64,000 bases of DNA, taken from assembly GCA_965217895.1 (NCBI GenBank), contig CBDCJV010000002.1, positions 3,392,001 through 3,456,000 on the forward strand, read 5' to 3'. Shown piece after piece: positions 51,942 through 62,202 of this stretch. The notes beneath the pieces are model-generated. The model ran no database searches. It saw only the letters and a program-made list of their open reading frames with translations, and was not told where the DNA came from. Origin of the DNA: Waterburya sp. GTDB taxonomy: Bacteria; Cyanobacteriota; Cyanobacteriia; Cyanobacteriales; Xenococcaceae. Position 1 is the first letter of the stretch. The number at the start of each line of letters is the position of its first letter. The position numbers were made by a program, and so were the translations under genes.

Positions 51942-52637
51942 TCATCCCTCCAAAAATAGCTGTCTTTCTGCTTGTCTTCTTCTAGTTAGTCCTGGCATTT
52001 GTATCAGTGCGCCTCCGACATTGGCTTTGTCCCAGCGTAAAAATTCATTGGCTGCACCAGTATAATCTTCGGCATTGATTTTTCTGATCAGGGTACTTTG
52101 GGCAATGTAATCTACGCCCACATTAAAGGAAAGTGAAGCTAATGCACTCAACTGGCGATCGCTTAACTTGACTTTGATAGCTCGATCCAACTCCTGTTGA
52201 ATTTCTTGCACCTGAGCTTTTAAGGCAGCATTAGCCTGTTCGGCAGAAACGCGATCGCCAACCTGAACTGGTTTACCCCCTATTTGCGATAAGCCATAGC
52301 CAATTACAGCCGCACCGTTAGTATCCATATAAGCCTGCCCTTTAAATCCCTCAAACTCTTTGATGAGATTAATTGCTACAGGAGAAATGGGTTTGGGAGT
52401 TGCTTTTTTTAAGCTTGTCTTTTTAGGAGTTTTCCGAGTTTCAGTTTCTAAATTTTTTAAATCAACCTCTAAGGATCGATCTAGTTTTTGTAGTTGAATT
52501 TTGTGAACTACATGAGATTGTGGATCGGGAATTTTATCTTCGGCGAATGAGAAGGTTGCTAAAGTTATTGAGCAAACACTAGTCATCATAATCGCGCTAT
52601 CTAAATATTTATTCAAAATCTGTCGCCAAAATAACAA
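51942..52637 (-). CDS. GH24 lysozyme/muramidase with N-terminal extension
   Basis: LIKEFEG..AY.D..IGYG, FNVG and GL.RRR.AE. Confidence 0.88.
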   Translation of the reverse strand: MLFWRQILNKYLDSAIMMTSVCSITLATFSFAEDKIPDPQSHVVHKIQLQKLDRSLEVDLKNLETETRKTPKKTSLKKATPKPISPVAINLIKEFEGFKGQAYMDTNGAAVIGYGLSQIGGKPVQVGDRVSAEQANAALKAQVQEIQQELDRAIKVKLSDRQLSALASLSFNVGVDYIAQSTLIRKINAEDYTGAANEFLRWDKANVGGALIQMPGLTRRRQAERQLFLEG

Positions 52638-52794
52638 TTTTCTAAGTAAACAGTTTTAGTCGATTACCAAAAAAACAGCGACTAAATTAAGTTATTTTTG
52701 CTTGAAAATTTACATTAATTCATAACATTTGTAAAAGTTCTCAATTTCTCGTTGGTTTTTGCTTTAAAAATTAACTTTGACAAAGTTAATTTTT

Positions 52795-52819
52795 ATACCC
52801 GACAATTTAAGTCGGATAT
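52795..52819 (+). promoter_or_regulatory. Rrf2/IscR type-1-like operator upstream of thrC-moaD
   Basis: ATACCCGACAATTTAAGTCGGATAT, a 25-bp dyad just downstream of a TTGACA. Confidence 0.65.
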
Positions 52820-52884
52820 GATTGACTGGTTCTTTTTACCTGTGATACTATCAAAATCACTGTTGACGAATTAAAAAATAAATC

Positions 52885-54183
52885 ATGACCCAGACACCCA
52901 TCAAAACCACCAAAGGAAGAACTTTCACCAACTTAGTATCCAAAGAAGGTGGCGTAAGATATCCTCTTAAAGCTCTCAATGTTTGCGAAGAAACATTTTC
53001 TCCTTTAGAAGTTGAATATGATTACGATGAAATTCGTCGTCAAGTCAACCGTAAAACTATCGCAGCAGGGCCTAATTCAATTTGGCGTTACAAAGCATTT
53101 TTGCCAGTTGAAAGCGAAAATCCAATTGATGTCGGTACAGGGATGACTCCTTTGGTTAAGTCCAATCGTTTAGCTCGTCGTCTGGGTCTAAAAAATCTTT
53201 ATATTAAAAATGATGCGGTTAATATGCCTACCCTCAGTTTCAAAGATAGGGTAGTATCTGTAGCCTTGACTCGTGCTAGGGAACTAGGATTTTCTACTGT
53301 TTCCTGTGCTAGTACTGGTAACTTAGCTAATTCTACAGCAGCGATCGCAGCACACGCAGGTATGGACTGTTGCGTATTTATTCCTGCGGACTTAGAAGCA
53401 GGAAAAATCATGGGTACATTAATTTATAACCCTACGGTAATGGCGGTTAAAGGCAACTACGATCAGGTCAATCGTCTTTGTTCTGAAGTTGGTAACAGCT
53501 ACGGTTGGGGTTTTGTCAACATCAATCTCCGCCCTTACTACTCTGAAGGTTCTAAAACCCTTGGTTACGAAGTAGCCGAACAGTTAGGCTGGGAACTACC
53601 CGATCATATAGTTGCACCTTTAGCTTCTGGTTCATTGTTTACCAAGATCTATAAAGGCTTTAACGAATTTGTTAAAGTCGGTTTAGTAGAAGACAAAAAA
53701 GTTCGCTTTAGTGGCGCACAGGCAGAAGGCTGTTCTCCCATTGCTCAAGCATTTAAAGAAGGTAGAGACTTTGTTACGCCTGTTAAGCCCAATACGATCG
53801 CTAAATCCATTGCGATCGGCAATCCAGCAGATGGCTATTACGCTTTAGATGTTGCTCGCAAAACCAACGGCAACATCGAATCTGTAACCGATGCTGAGAT
53901 TATCGAAGGTATGAAGCTTTTGGCTGAAACCGAAGGTATCTTTACTGAAACTGCTGGTGGAACTACTGTCGCAGTCCTTAAAAAGCTGGTAGAAGCAGGT
54001 AAAATTAATCCCAACGAGAAAACAGTTGTCTATATAACTGGCAATGGCTTGAAAACTCAAGAAGCAGTACAGGGATATATTGGTGAGCCTCTAACTATTG
54101 AACCAAAACTAGACAGCTTTGAACGTGCGCTAGAACGCTCTCGCACTTTAGAACGTTTGGAATGGCAACAAACTAGCGTTTAA
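52885..54183 (+). CDS. thrC: Threonine synthase (fold-type II PLP enzyme)
   Basis: PTLSFKDR, ASTGNLA and TGNGLKT motifs. Confidence 0.9.
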   Translation: MTQTPIKTTKGRTFTNLVSKEGGVRYPLKALNVCEETFSPLEVEYDYDEIRRQVNRKTIAAGPNSIWRYKAFLPVESENPIDVGTGMTPLVKSNRLARRLGLKNLYIKNDAVNMPTLSFKDRVVSVALTRARELGFSTVSCASTGNLANSTAAIAAHAGMDCCVFIPADLEAGKIMGTLIYNPTVMAVKGNYDQVNRLCSEVGNSYGWGFVNINLRPYYSEGSKTLGYEVAEQLGWELPDHIVAPLASGSLFTKIYKGFNEFVKVGLVEDKKVRFSGAQAEGCSPIAQAFKEGRDFVTPVKPNTIAKSIAIGNPADGYYALDVARKTNGNIESVTDAEIIEGMKLLAETEGIFTETAGGTTVAVLKKLVEAGKINPNEKTVVYITGNGLKTQEAVQGYIGEPLTIEPKLDSFERALERSRTLERLEWQQTSV

Positions 54184-54271
54184 CATTTGACATCGATCAT
54201 TTACCATCGACCATTTTTTCTAACTAGGTAAATGGTTCAACTATCCATTATTAAATCTTTTTCTATCGATC

Positions 54272-54547
54272 ATGACCGTTAAAGTATTAGTTCCTACTCC
54301 CTTGCAAAAGTTTACCAACAATCAAGCTACTATCGAGTGTGCTGGTAGTAATATAGATGAGCTTATTAACTCTCTAGAAACTAATTGTCCTGGTATCAAG
54401 GCTCGTATTTGTGACGAAAGCGGAAAGCCCCGTCGTTTTTTAAATCTTTATGTCAACAGTGAAGATATTCGTTTCCTTGAAGGTACAGATACAACACTAA
54501 GTGATGGTGATGAAGTAAGTATAGTTCCTGCGGTTGCAGGGGGCTAA
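54272..54547 (+). CDS. MoaD/ThiS/CysO-type ubiquitin-like sulfur carrier
   Basis: [23 protein letters not shown] with C-terminal GG. Confidence 0.93.
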   Translation: MTVKVLVPTPLQKFTNNQATIECAGSNIDELINSLETNCPGIKARICDESGKPRRFLNLYVNSEDIRFLEGTDTTLSDGDEVSIVPAVAGG

Positions 54548-54853
54548 GGCTTAGATTTACAAATTTCGTAACAGTATAATTGGGGTTGGCGTGACTGCTA
54601 ACCTCTTTTTTTGTTGATTGATTACTTGAAATAAATTTAAGTGGTGTTTTTCTTCCGTTTCCAAGCAGCAATAATTTTAATGACTAGTTAGGGAATGATA
54701 AGGAAATGGATAGATATTTAGACATCTATTCATTTCTGTCAGACATTACAAAAATATTTTGGCGACCACATCTAAAAAATTTAAATTCTTTTGAGCAATA
54801 AAACAATAATTCTCAATTGTTAGCATTTACTGAGATATTTTACATACAAGACT

Positions 54854-55402
54854 ATGCAAACATCTAAAAAAAATATTGATAATTCAGAAAAGCGATCGCG
54901 CTTCTATGAAACTTTAAACTCGTTGCGATCGCATTTTACCACTTCCAAATTAAAGACAGTCTTGTTAGTCTGTCTGATTAGCTTTACATCACTATTAGTC
55001 AGACAAACCTTACGAGTTCAGCATTCTTGTAATCCTATGATTCATTGGTCTGGAGAATTTCCCGCAGAGTGTCAAGTAGCAGTAAAAAATGACTTTGACA
55101 GCTTTGATAAGTTTAGTTCTACAAGAACACGAACATCAAAGAATGAGTCCAGCAATTTTAATGATTTTAGTTCTCTAACAAAACAAGAATTAAAAACATC
55201 GAAACAACAACCTCAAATTGCTCAAAACATTTTTGAATCTCAACCTAATCAGATTACTTACGGTCTCCCATCTCCTACTCGAGAAAGCTCACAACACAAT
55301 ACAGAAACTAAGTCAAAAAATCTACTTGACGTAGTAGTAGAAGTAGTAGTGGTAATAAAGAACTTCTTATGGTGGTGGTGGGGAACCAAAAGATTTCTTT
55401 AA
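54854..55402 (+). CDS. Hypothetical membrane/secreted protein with Trp-rich C-terminus
   Basis: Hydrophobic N-terminal segment; ends VVVEVVVVIKNFLWWWWGTKRFL; first gene of a co-oriented cluster. Confidence 0.5.
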   Translation: MQTSKKNIDNSEKRSRFYETLNSLRSHFTTSKLKTVLLVCLISFTSLLVRQTLRVQHSCNPMIHWSGEFPAECQVAVKNDFDSFDKFSSTRTRTSKNESSNFNDFSSLTKQELKTSKQQPQIAQNIFESQPNQITYGLPSPTRESSQHNTETKSKNLLDVVVEVVVVIKNFLWWWWGTKRFL

Positions 55403-55450
55403 TAACATTGTCAATCATTTTTTTATTCAACAAAGGAGTAACAAATAATC

Positions 55451-55858
55451 ATGGAAAACAACCAATCTTGCGAAATCATTTCTAACAACCAAACTCAAAA
55501 CGAGATCGCCCAAAATGAATCCCCTGAAACCGTTTTACAAACTCAACCTGTCTCTATTATCAATTCTGAAAGCAGTAATTCTTTTGAACTAAAAAAATGG
55601 ATTATTATTTGCATTGCTGGAGTTGCAGCCATAACTTGTTTTTTCCTCTTTGCTAAAGAAACCGATGTTTGCTTTCTTAGTACCTGTAATGATTACAGCG
55701 ATTCCTTAGCCATAGGTTCAACATCCGTAGGTAATGAGTTTTTAGTTTACGCTGGTAGTGCAGCAACTCTTGTAGGTCTTACTTTAATCGGCGTTCCTCT
55801 ACTTTTTGCTATTGCCGTTTCCACAGGAGTTTGGTTTCTTGTACATCTTATCCATTAA
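55451..55858 (+). CDS. Hypothetical membrane protein (about 3 TM)
   Basis: AAGGAG RBS, polar N-terminus and hydrophobic segments. Confidence 0.65.
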   Translation: MENNQSCEIISNNQTQNEIAQNESPETVLQTQPVSIINSESSNSFELKKWIIICIAGVAAITCFFLFAKETDVCFLSTCNDYSDSLAIGSTSVGNEFLVYAGSAATLVGLTLIGVPLLFAIAVSTGVWFLVHLIH

Positions 55859-55895
55859 TCAAAAACTTTTAATTAATTTGAGATAAAACAAAACA

Positions 55896-57359
55896 ATGAA
55901 CTTAATTACCTTTGATCGCATTGATAAAACTTTCAGTAAAGGATTTGGGCAAAAAACAACTATCCTCGGAGATATCAGCTTTACCATTCAACAGGGTGAA
56001 TTTGTCATCCTGCGTGGGGAAAACGGTGCGGGAAAAAGCACTATTCTTAATCTCGCTTTAGGATTGCTCAAACCCAGTAAGGGAGAAGTAAAGCTAATGG
56101 GGCGATCGCCTCAAGATAGCAATTCTAAACTTAAGGTAGGAGTCGTTTTACAAGATACTCAAGTTCCCTCTAATGCCAAAGTCACCGAACTAGTAGAATT
56201 GTGGCGCAGTTACTATCCGAACCCATTATCTACAGCAGAAATTCTCAGTAAAGTTAACCTGAATGGTAAAGAACATCTCGATGCTAGTGATTTGTCTGGA
56301 GGACAAAAACAAAGGCTTTATTTTGCCTTGGCGTTAGTTGGTAATCCCGAATTACTTATTTTAGATGAACCGACGAGAAATTTAGATGACAAAGGCTATG
56401 AAGAGTTTTGGCAGCAAATTAAATTCTGTCAGCAAGCGGGAATAACTATTTTGATGGTGACAAATAATAAATCTGACTGGCAGGAATTAGAAAGTGTAGC
56501 AACCCGCGAAATAACTCTACACAGGCATTCTGAAGCACCAGAAAAGGGACAGATTTCCGAAAAAAATCTACAGAGACAGAGTAATGCTAGTAATTCTCAC
56601 ACTAACAAGCGGGTAATAGAGACAACTTCTAATTTATTATCCGCCTTCGTCGGACAACTGCGCTTTGAAATTCAGCAAATAATTCGCACTCCTGTATTTC
56701 TCATCATGATTTTGGCTTTAGTTGCTTTTATACCATTGCTCAAAAAGTTAGGTATTCAAGGAGATGGTGCAATGGAATCGATGGTGAGTATCTGTGGGCT
56801 TGCCTTATTTACCATTGTCATCGAGCGCCTGGGTAAAAGAGTTGCTGTCGAGCGATCGGAAAAGTGGCTCAAAATGCTTAAGGTGACTTGTTTACCGTCC
56901 TATGTTCATATTGCTGCTAAGGTTGCAACTTCTCTCTTAATTTGTTCTGTAAGTATTCTCTTGGCGTTTGTTCTAGGACATTGGCAATTAGAAATCAACG
57001 CTAGTTTCGGTATGTGGGTAAATCTATTTTTAGTGTTAATAGCTGGCATAATTCCCTTTGCTATTTTAGGTCTAACTCTGGGTTATCTACTCAACCCCAA
57101 AAGTGCTGACTCCATCATAGGTTTATCCCTTATTGTTATCCCCATAGCCTGTGGTACGTTTTCTTTGCCCATACCCAATTATCTACAGGATGCCATCACT
57201 CTATCGCCCTTTTATCACTACAAAGAAGCAATTCTCTGGGCAGCAAGGTTAGACTACGATAAACAGATATTTATCCATTTAATCTGGTTGATTTGGGCAA
57301 CGGTAGTTTTTAGCGCGATCGCACTTTGGTCATATCAGCGAGAACAAGCAGTTCAGTAG
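55896..57359 (+). CDS. Fused ABC ATPase + ABC-2-type permease
   Basis: GENGAGKST, LSGGQ and LILDEP, followed by about 6 TM segments; H-loop reads VTNN. Confidence 0.85.
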   Translation: MNLITFDRIDKTFSKGFGQKTTILGDISFTIQQGEFVILRGENGAGKSTILNLALGLLKPSKGEVKLMGRSPQDSNSKLKVGVVLQDTQVPSNAKVTELVELWRSYYPNPLSTAEILSKVNLNGKEHLDASDLSGGQKQRLYFALALVGNPELLILDEPTRNLDDKGYEEFWQQIKFCQQAGITILMVTNNKSDWQELESVATREITLHRHSEAPEKGQISEKNLQRQSNASNSHTNKRVIETTSNLLSAFVGQLRFEIQQIIRTPVFLIMILALVAFIPLLKKLGIQGDGAMESMVSICGLALFTIVIERLGKRVAVERSEKWLKMLKVTCLPSYVHIAAKVATSLLICSVSILLAFVLGHWQLEINASFGMWVNLFLVLIAGIIPFAILGLTLGYLLNPKSADSIIGLSLIVIPIACGTFSLPIPNYLQDAITLSPFYHYKEAILWAARLDYDKQIFIHLIWLIWATVVFSAIALWSYQREQAVQ

Positions 57360-57385
57360 AAAACACTATTTACCGATAGACAATA

Positions 57386-59632
57386 ATGCAGATTACTACA
57401 GCAGAACGAACAAAACAAATTCAAGCAATACTAGATCGACGACTTCCTTTGAGGGAAAAAATTGCTGCTGTTGAAGGTAATTTGCGATCGCTATCTCGTT
57501 TATTAGAAACCCTAGCCCAACACAGGAGTGGAATATGCTCTCTAGCCGAGAGCATTTCCTCCCGTCAAAATCGCGATCGCCTAATCTCTCAAGTTACCGA
57601 ACTAGAAGAACAAAACAGTCTACAGGAACTTAATTTCATACAGCTACAATCTCAAATTCAATCCCAGTTAGCAGGATTAGATTTACTCAAAAATCGCTTC
57701 AACCGTGACACCATCAACATTGGAGTCATCGGACGTGCGGGACAGGGAAAAAGCCAATTATTGCAGAGTTTAACGGGATTATCTAGTAACGAAATTCCGA
57801 CAGGCGATCGCGGACACTGTACGGGAGTTCGTAGCACGATTTTACATCAGCCTGGCATAGATACCTATGGAGAAATTACTTTTCACTCAGAGCCTTCTTT
57901 CCTTCAAGAAGTCATTGCACCCTATTATCAAGAGTTAGGTTTGGGTAAAGTTTCCTATAGTTTGGACGAGTTTAAAAACAATAGCTTACCTCCTTTGCCC
58001 GAAAATCTTGGTGATAGTGCCGAGGCGATCGCAAAATATGAAGATCATCTTCAGAAATACCGCGATAAATTACCTTTTTATCGTCATCTATTAGAAAAAA
58101 GAGATTCGCTCAAAGTTGCCAAAGAAAATATCAGAGAATATGTCGCTCAAGATTCTATTGACGGCAACGAGGAATATTACAATTACGTTGCCGTTAAAAG
58201 CGCAAAAATATTTTGTACTTTTCCAAAATCTGATGTAGGGCAAATTGCTCTAATTGATATGCCAGGATTAGGCGATACAGGTATAGGAGATGAAAGCAAA
58301 TTAATCGAAATTCTAGCGCAGGATGTCGATCTGGCATTATTTGTACGAATGCCTCGACCTATGAGAGATTTCTGGGCAGATGTAGATGTTAAGCTTTACG
58401 ATACAGCAAAATCTGCTTTGACTGCTTTACCTCTGAAACAGTGGTCATTTTTAATTCTTAACAATACCAAACAAAATTCACCAATCGGCGATAATTCAAT
58501 TCTCTGTCAAGATTTAGAACGCAAACGCGAAAATAAGGGATTATATTTTGCTGACTGTATCACCGCCAATTGTGCCGATCCTGACGCAGTAAACCAAAAA
58601 CTACTCGATCCTGTTTTAAGTTATCTATGCGATCGCATTACCGAACTTGATCGCGCCTATGTATCTTCCTGTCAGGAAAGTTTATTGGAGTTACAGCAAG
58701 AAGTAGCAGCAGAATTAAAAAAGGCAAGTCATGTATTAAAAGGTTTGGCTCAAAACAGTAATTATTTTCCTAAATTTATCGAATTGTTTGATGAGCTTTG
58801 GGTAGAGTTAGCCAGTGGCTTAGAAGGATTGCTACAGGATTTACGAGAAGAGAGAGACATAGAAAACTTAGAATTTAAGCAGCAGATAGAGACTGCGGTT
58901 GCTGCTTGTCGCGAAGATAACGGCATTCCTACAGAGGATGAAATTGAGAAAATGCGCCACAGCAAAGGAGGTTATCCCAATGCTTACTACGAGTATCTCA
59001 ATCAAGTTCGCGCTCACTTATCCCAACACTTTCTGCTTCTAGATGATGTTCTCAAAGAAGCAATAAACAAAGTAAAAACTCAAGTCTGTCAGATACTTAT
59101 AGAGCAAGGTAAATTAGGAAATCTAACCGAAGTCAGAGAAGCAGAATTTATTAGTGCGATCGCTGATATTATTCCCGATAATCTCAAACGTCTTAAACTA
59201 GGTTTCCAAACTTTAGCAGAATTCGATCTTTCCTATCGTGGCTTGATTCAGCACCGCATTCGCCAACATCTCGACGATCTCACCCCAGATGAAACCTCAT
59301 TACAGCTTTCTCCTTCTCCTTCTGCTGCGGAAGTATTAAGCTGCTTAAATTCCCTCCACGCCGAAGCCATTTATAAATGCGAGACGGCATTAGACGACTT
59401 ACTAGCCGAACCTAATCAAGCTGCATTTGCCATTGTAGAAGAATTTCTTGATCGCATCTTAAGAGCAAAACAAGTTAGACAAGAATGGCTCAAGTTCTTA
59501 CAAGAAATCTACGATCGCGTTTGGAGCGAAGAATTTGAAGAGTTTGGTCATAATAGCAAAATGAGTCAACAGTGGATGGCAGGAGTCGAAAGTGCGATCG
59601 CAGCCAATACAAAGGATAATTTCACGTTTTAA
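57386..59632 (+). CDS. Dynamin-like GTPase
   Basis: N-terminal coiled coil, G1 GRAGQGKS, G2 CTG, G3 DMPG and a long helical C-terminus. Confidence 0.78.
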   Translation: MQITTAERTKQIQAILDRRLPLREKIAAVEGNLRSLSRLLETLAQHRSGICSLAESISSRQNRDRLISQVTELEEQNSLQELNFIQLQSQIQSQLAGLDLLKNRFNRDTINIGVIGRAGQGKSQLLQSLTGLSSNEIPTGDRGHCTGVRSTILHQPGIDTYGEITFHSEPSFLQEVIAPYYQELGLGKVSYSLDEFKNNSLPPLPENLGDSAEAIAKYEDHLQKYRDKLPFYRHLLEKRDSLKVAKENIREYVAQDSIDGNEEYYNYVAVKSAKIFCTFPKSDVGQIALIDMPGLGDTGIGDESKLIEILAQDVDLALFVRMPRPMRDFWADVDVKLYDTAKSALTALPLKQWSFLILNNTKQNSPIGDNSILCQDLERKRENKGLYFADCITANCADPDAVNQKLLDPVLSYLCDRITELDRAYVSSCQESLLELQQEVAAELKKASHVLKGLAQNSNYFPKFIELFDELWVELASGLEGLLQDLREERDIENLEFKQQIETAVAACREDNGIPTEDEIEKMRHSKGGYPNAYYEYLNQVRAHLSQHFLLLDDVLKEAINKVKTQVCQILIEQGKLGNLTEVREAEFISAIADIIPDNLKRLKLGFQTLAEFDLSYRGLIQHRIRQHLDDLTPDETSLQLSPSPSAAEVLSCLNSLHAEAIYKCETALDDLLAEPNQAAFAIVEEFLDRILRAKQVRQEWLKFLQEIYDRVWSEEFEEFGHNSKMSQQWMAGVESAIAANTKDNFTF

Positions 59633-59644
59633 AAGGAAATATAA

Positions 59645-60631
59645 ATGCAAGAACTCAAAATCACTATGCTGGGAGCAAGTGGAGTAGGTAAGACTACTCT
59701 TTTAACAGCCATGTACGAACAGTTTGAAACTAACATTGGCAATACTAATCTGCAACTAACTCCTGACGATGAGAGTGCTGCAATCTTACAAGATCGTTTA
59801 ATCGAGTTAAAAAGCATGGTTGATGTATTTGAAGCAAGAGGAAGAGTAGGAATTGAAGGTACAGAGGCAATGGCTGGCCCTGAGTCTCTACGTTCCTTTT
59901 CTTTCGGTTTGGGTCGAAAAGGAGAAACCCCCTCTCTTAATCTGCGTTTTTACGATTATCCAGGAGGATATCATGCAACTCAAGCAACCAAAGAGGAAAA
60001 AGATTTCGTCAAAAAGACCTTGCGAGAATCAACAGCCGTTCTAATTCCCATTGATGCTCCCTCTTTAATGGAGAAAAACGGTAAATTTCATGAAAAAATC
60101 AATCGACCCCAACAGATTAAAGCCTTGTTTAATGCAGCATATCAAAATCTAGATTCCCCTCGCTTAATAATATTTGCTCCTGTCAAATGCGAGAAATATC
60201 TGAAAAACAATAAAACTGCCAAAGAGCTATTAGAAAAAGTAAAACAAGGATATGCACCACTACTAGATCATTTCAATTCACCGAGTCTAAATCCTTGGGT
60301 TGCTAATGTAATTACTCCAGTTCAAACAGTTGGTAGCGTCATATTTTCCCGTATGGAAGTAGATAGTGAAAATAATCCTCATTTTTACTTCCGCAAGACC
60401 AGACACGATGCAGAATACTCTCCCAGTGACAGCGAACAACCCTTGCGTTATTTACTACGTTTCCTGTTGAAAATACATCTTGACTCTCGACAATGGAAAT
60501 TTTTCAATTTTCTTCGTAATTGGCTGGAGTTAGATAATCATCTGGAAAAAGCAGTTGACGAATTTTCCCGTGGTTGCAAAACTAACGGCAGTTTTGCAGT
60601 AGTTAAAGGTGAAAAGTGGCTAAATATTTAG
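59645..60631 (+). CDS. TRAFAC-clade GTPase domain protein
   Basis: G1 GASGVGKT, G2 GT, G3 DYPG and G4-like VKCE; AAGGA RBS. Confidence 0.78.
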   Translation: MQELKITMLGASGVGKTTLLTAMYEQFETNIGNTNLQLTPDDESAAILQDRLIELKSMVDVFEARGRVGIEGTEAMAGPESLRSFSFGLGRKGETPSLNLRFYDYPGGYHATQATKEEKDFVKKTLRESTAVLIPIDAPSLMEKNGKFHEKINRPQQIKALFNAAYQNLDSPRLIIFAPVKCEKYLKNNKTAKELLEKVKQGYAPLLDHFNSPSLNPWVANVITPVQTVGSVIFSRMEVDSENNPHFYFRKTRHDAEYSPSDSEQPLRYLLRFLLKIHLDSRQWKFFNFLRNWLELDNHLEKAVDEFSRGCKTNGSFAVVKGEKWLNI

Positions 60632-60644
60632 GAGAAAGCAAAAA

Positions 60645-61583
60645 ATGCCTATTTACGTTCAAAGTCGTGGCAAGAACCAAGACCAAGATTATCGTTGGTT
60701 GAGAATAAAATCGGCTGAATATTATCCAGAAAATCCAGATTTTTTAATGCAGTCCCTTGATAATTCCACATTAAAACCAGTTAATTTGATTGAAAGTCAA
60801 AAACAATCTATCATTCTAGTCGCAGATCGAAATAATTATTATTTATTGGTTACTGGCTTAAAAGCGAGGGAAAATAGAACTGACTTTACAGGGCGTTCTA
60901 TCCGCAATTCTATTCTTTGGATTTGCCAAAAAGATAGTGAAAATGCAAAGGTACGTTCATTATTAATTCGAGCTTTAAAAGGAAAATTAGACCAAGAAAT
61001 AGATAAAACTATTAGTGCTTGTGGTGAATATGGTTTTAAAGTTGACTACAAAAGTCTAGCAGAGTTATCTAGTTCAGTTTCAGATGTAGAAAATAATCGA
61101 AATACCGATCCAAGTTGCAAAATCGGCAGCAATTCTGAATCATTAAGACAAGAAATTGCTTTGGAGTTACAAACCAGTCTTCTCCCCGATCGCAACGGCT
61201 TATTGATCTTAGTTACCAGTATTAAATCTGCTTCTATCTTAAAAGAAGCTACCGTCTGGCGTGGTTTATCTAACAGAATTGAAGATGAAGAGTTTGAAGA
61301 ATATTCTTTTTTAGGAACTGTAAATCAACAGGCTCAAAAAAAAACAATATTCCTGGGCATAGCGATCGCAATAATCTTATTAATCGCGATCGCACTGTTG
61401 ATAATCAAACTTACCACACCACAAAAACCACAACCCGAAATTACCCCGACCCCTTCGACAATCCAAAAGAATTCGCATACTACATTAAAAGAAGAATTGA
61501 ATCAATCAGTCAATCTCATCAAAGCCAAAGAGATAAATTATTCGACATCCTTACATATGTTCCAAGAAGAATATGGGATGTAA
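60645..61583 (+). CDS. Hypothetical GTPase-associated protein with C-terminal TM anchor
   Basis: AGGAG RBS 13 bp after the GTPase; globular N-terminal domain (SRG..DYRW, D..GR.IRN), TM and Pro-rich tail. Confidence 0.65.
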   Translation: MPIYVQSRGKNQDQDYRWLRIKSAEYYPENPDFLMQSLDNSTLKPVNLIESQKQSIILVADRNNYYLLVTGLKARENRTDFTGRSIRNSILWICQKDSENAKVRSLLIRALKGKLDQEIDKTISACGEYGFKVDYKSLAELSSSVSDVENNRNTDPSCKIGSNSESLRQEIALELQTSLLPDRNGLLILVTSIKSASILKEATVWRGLSNRIEDEEFEEYSFLGTVNQQAQKKTIFLGIAIAIILLIAIALLIIKLTTPQKPQPEITPTPSTIQKNSHTTLKEELNQSVNLIKAKEINYSTSLHMFQEEYGM

Positions 61584-61790
61584 ATAAGAGCCAAAATTTT
61601 AGTTTTACGCAATCTCTAGATATGAAACAGGTGATTTTGAATGAGATAGATTGCTTGTTTCAAGAACTTGATGATATGGATTAGTTCAGTTTGCACTTTT
61701 ATAGAAATAAAAAAAGCTATTTTAAGAAAAATTTAGATAAAAATTTGGTAATTATAAAGGCATAAGCCTATTTCAATTCTGAAGTTGAGC

Positions 61791-62144
61791 TTAATCAAAA
61801 CTCTTCTTACCAATAACTGCTTGATAATTTTTAATATAAAAACAAGTATCTGGTTCAACAGCCTGACTCATTTGTTCATTTTTAAATGTTGTCGAACCTA
61901 ATGGTTCAAAATCAATTTCTAATTGGTCTAATAAAATTCTGACCATTTCCCCTATTATCTCTTTGTCTTTTTCATGTTCTGGTAAGGGAATCATGAATTC
62001 TAAAACTCCATTGCTGTAAGAAATTCTAGAACTGCGATGTTCGCCTAGTTCTTCCAAAATCTCTTCAAAATCTTGCCAGCTAATATCCTGTAATAATAAT
62101 TGCTGACCTGGTTTTACAACAATTTTTTCTAAAGCTACCTGCAT
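61791..62144 (-). pseudogene. Uma2-family endonuclease, C-terminally truncated
   Basis: ISWQ.FE, Y..G.LE.M.PLPEHE, GSTT and EPD.CFY; stops before the PPDL.IE motif. Confidence 0.8.
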
Positions 62145-62202
62145 AATTGAATCAATTCGCCTAACGCTAAATGTGGCTTTAAGACACCTTATTTTATTTT
62201 AC

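Noticed and set aside
51942..52637. Prophage suggested by the lysozyme
   Set aside because: No holin, structural or integrase genes nearby; flanked by housekeeping genes
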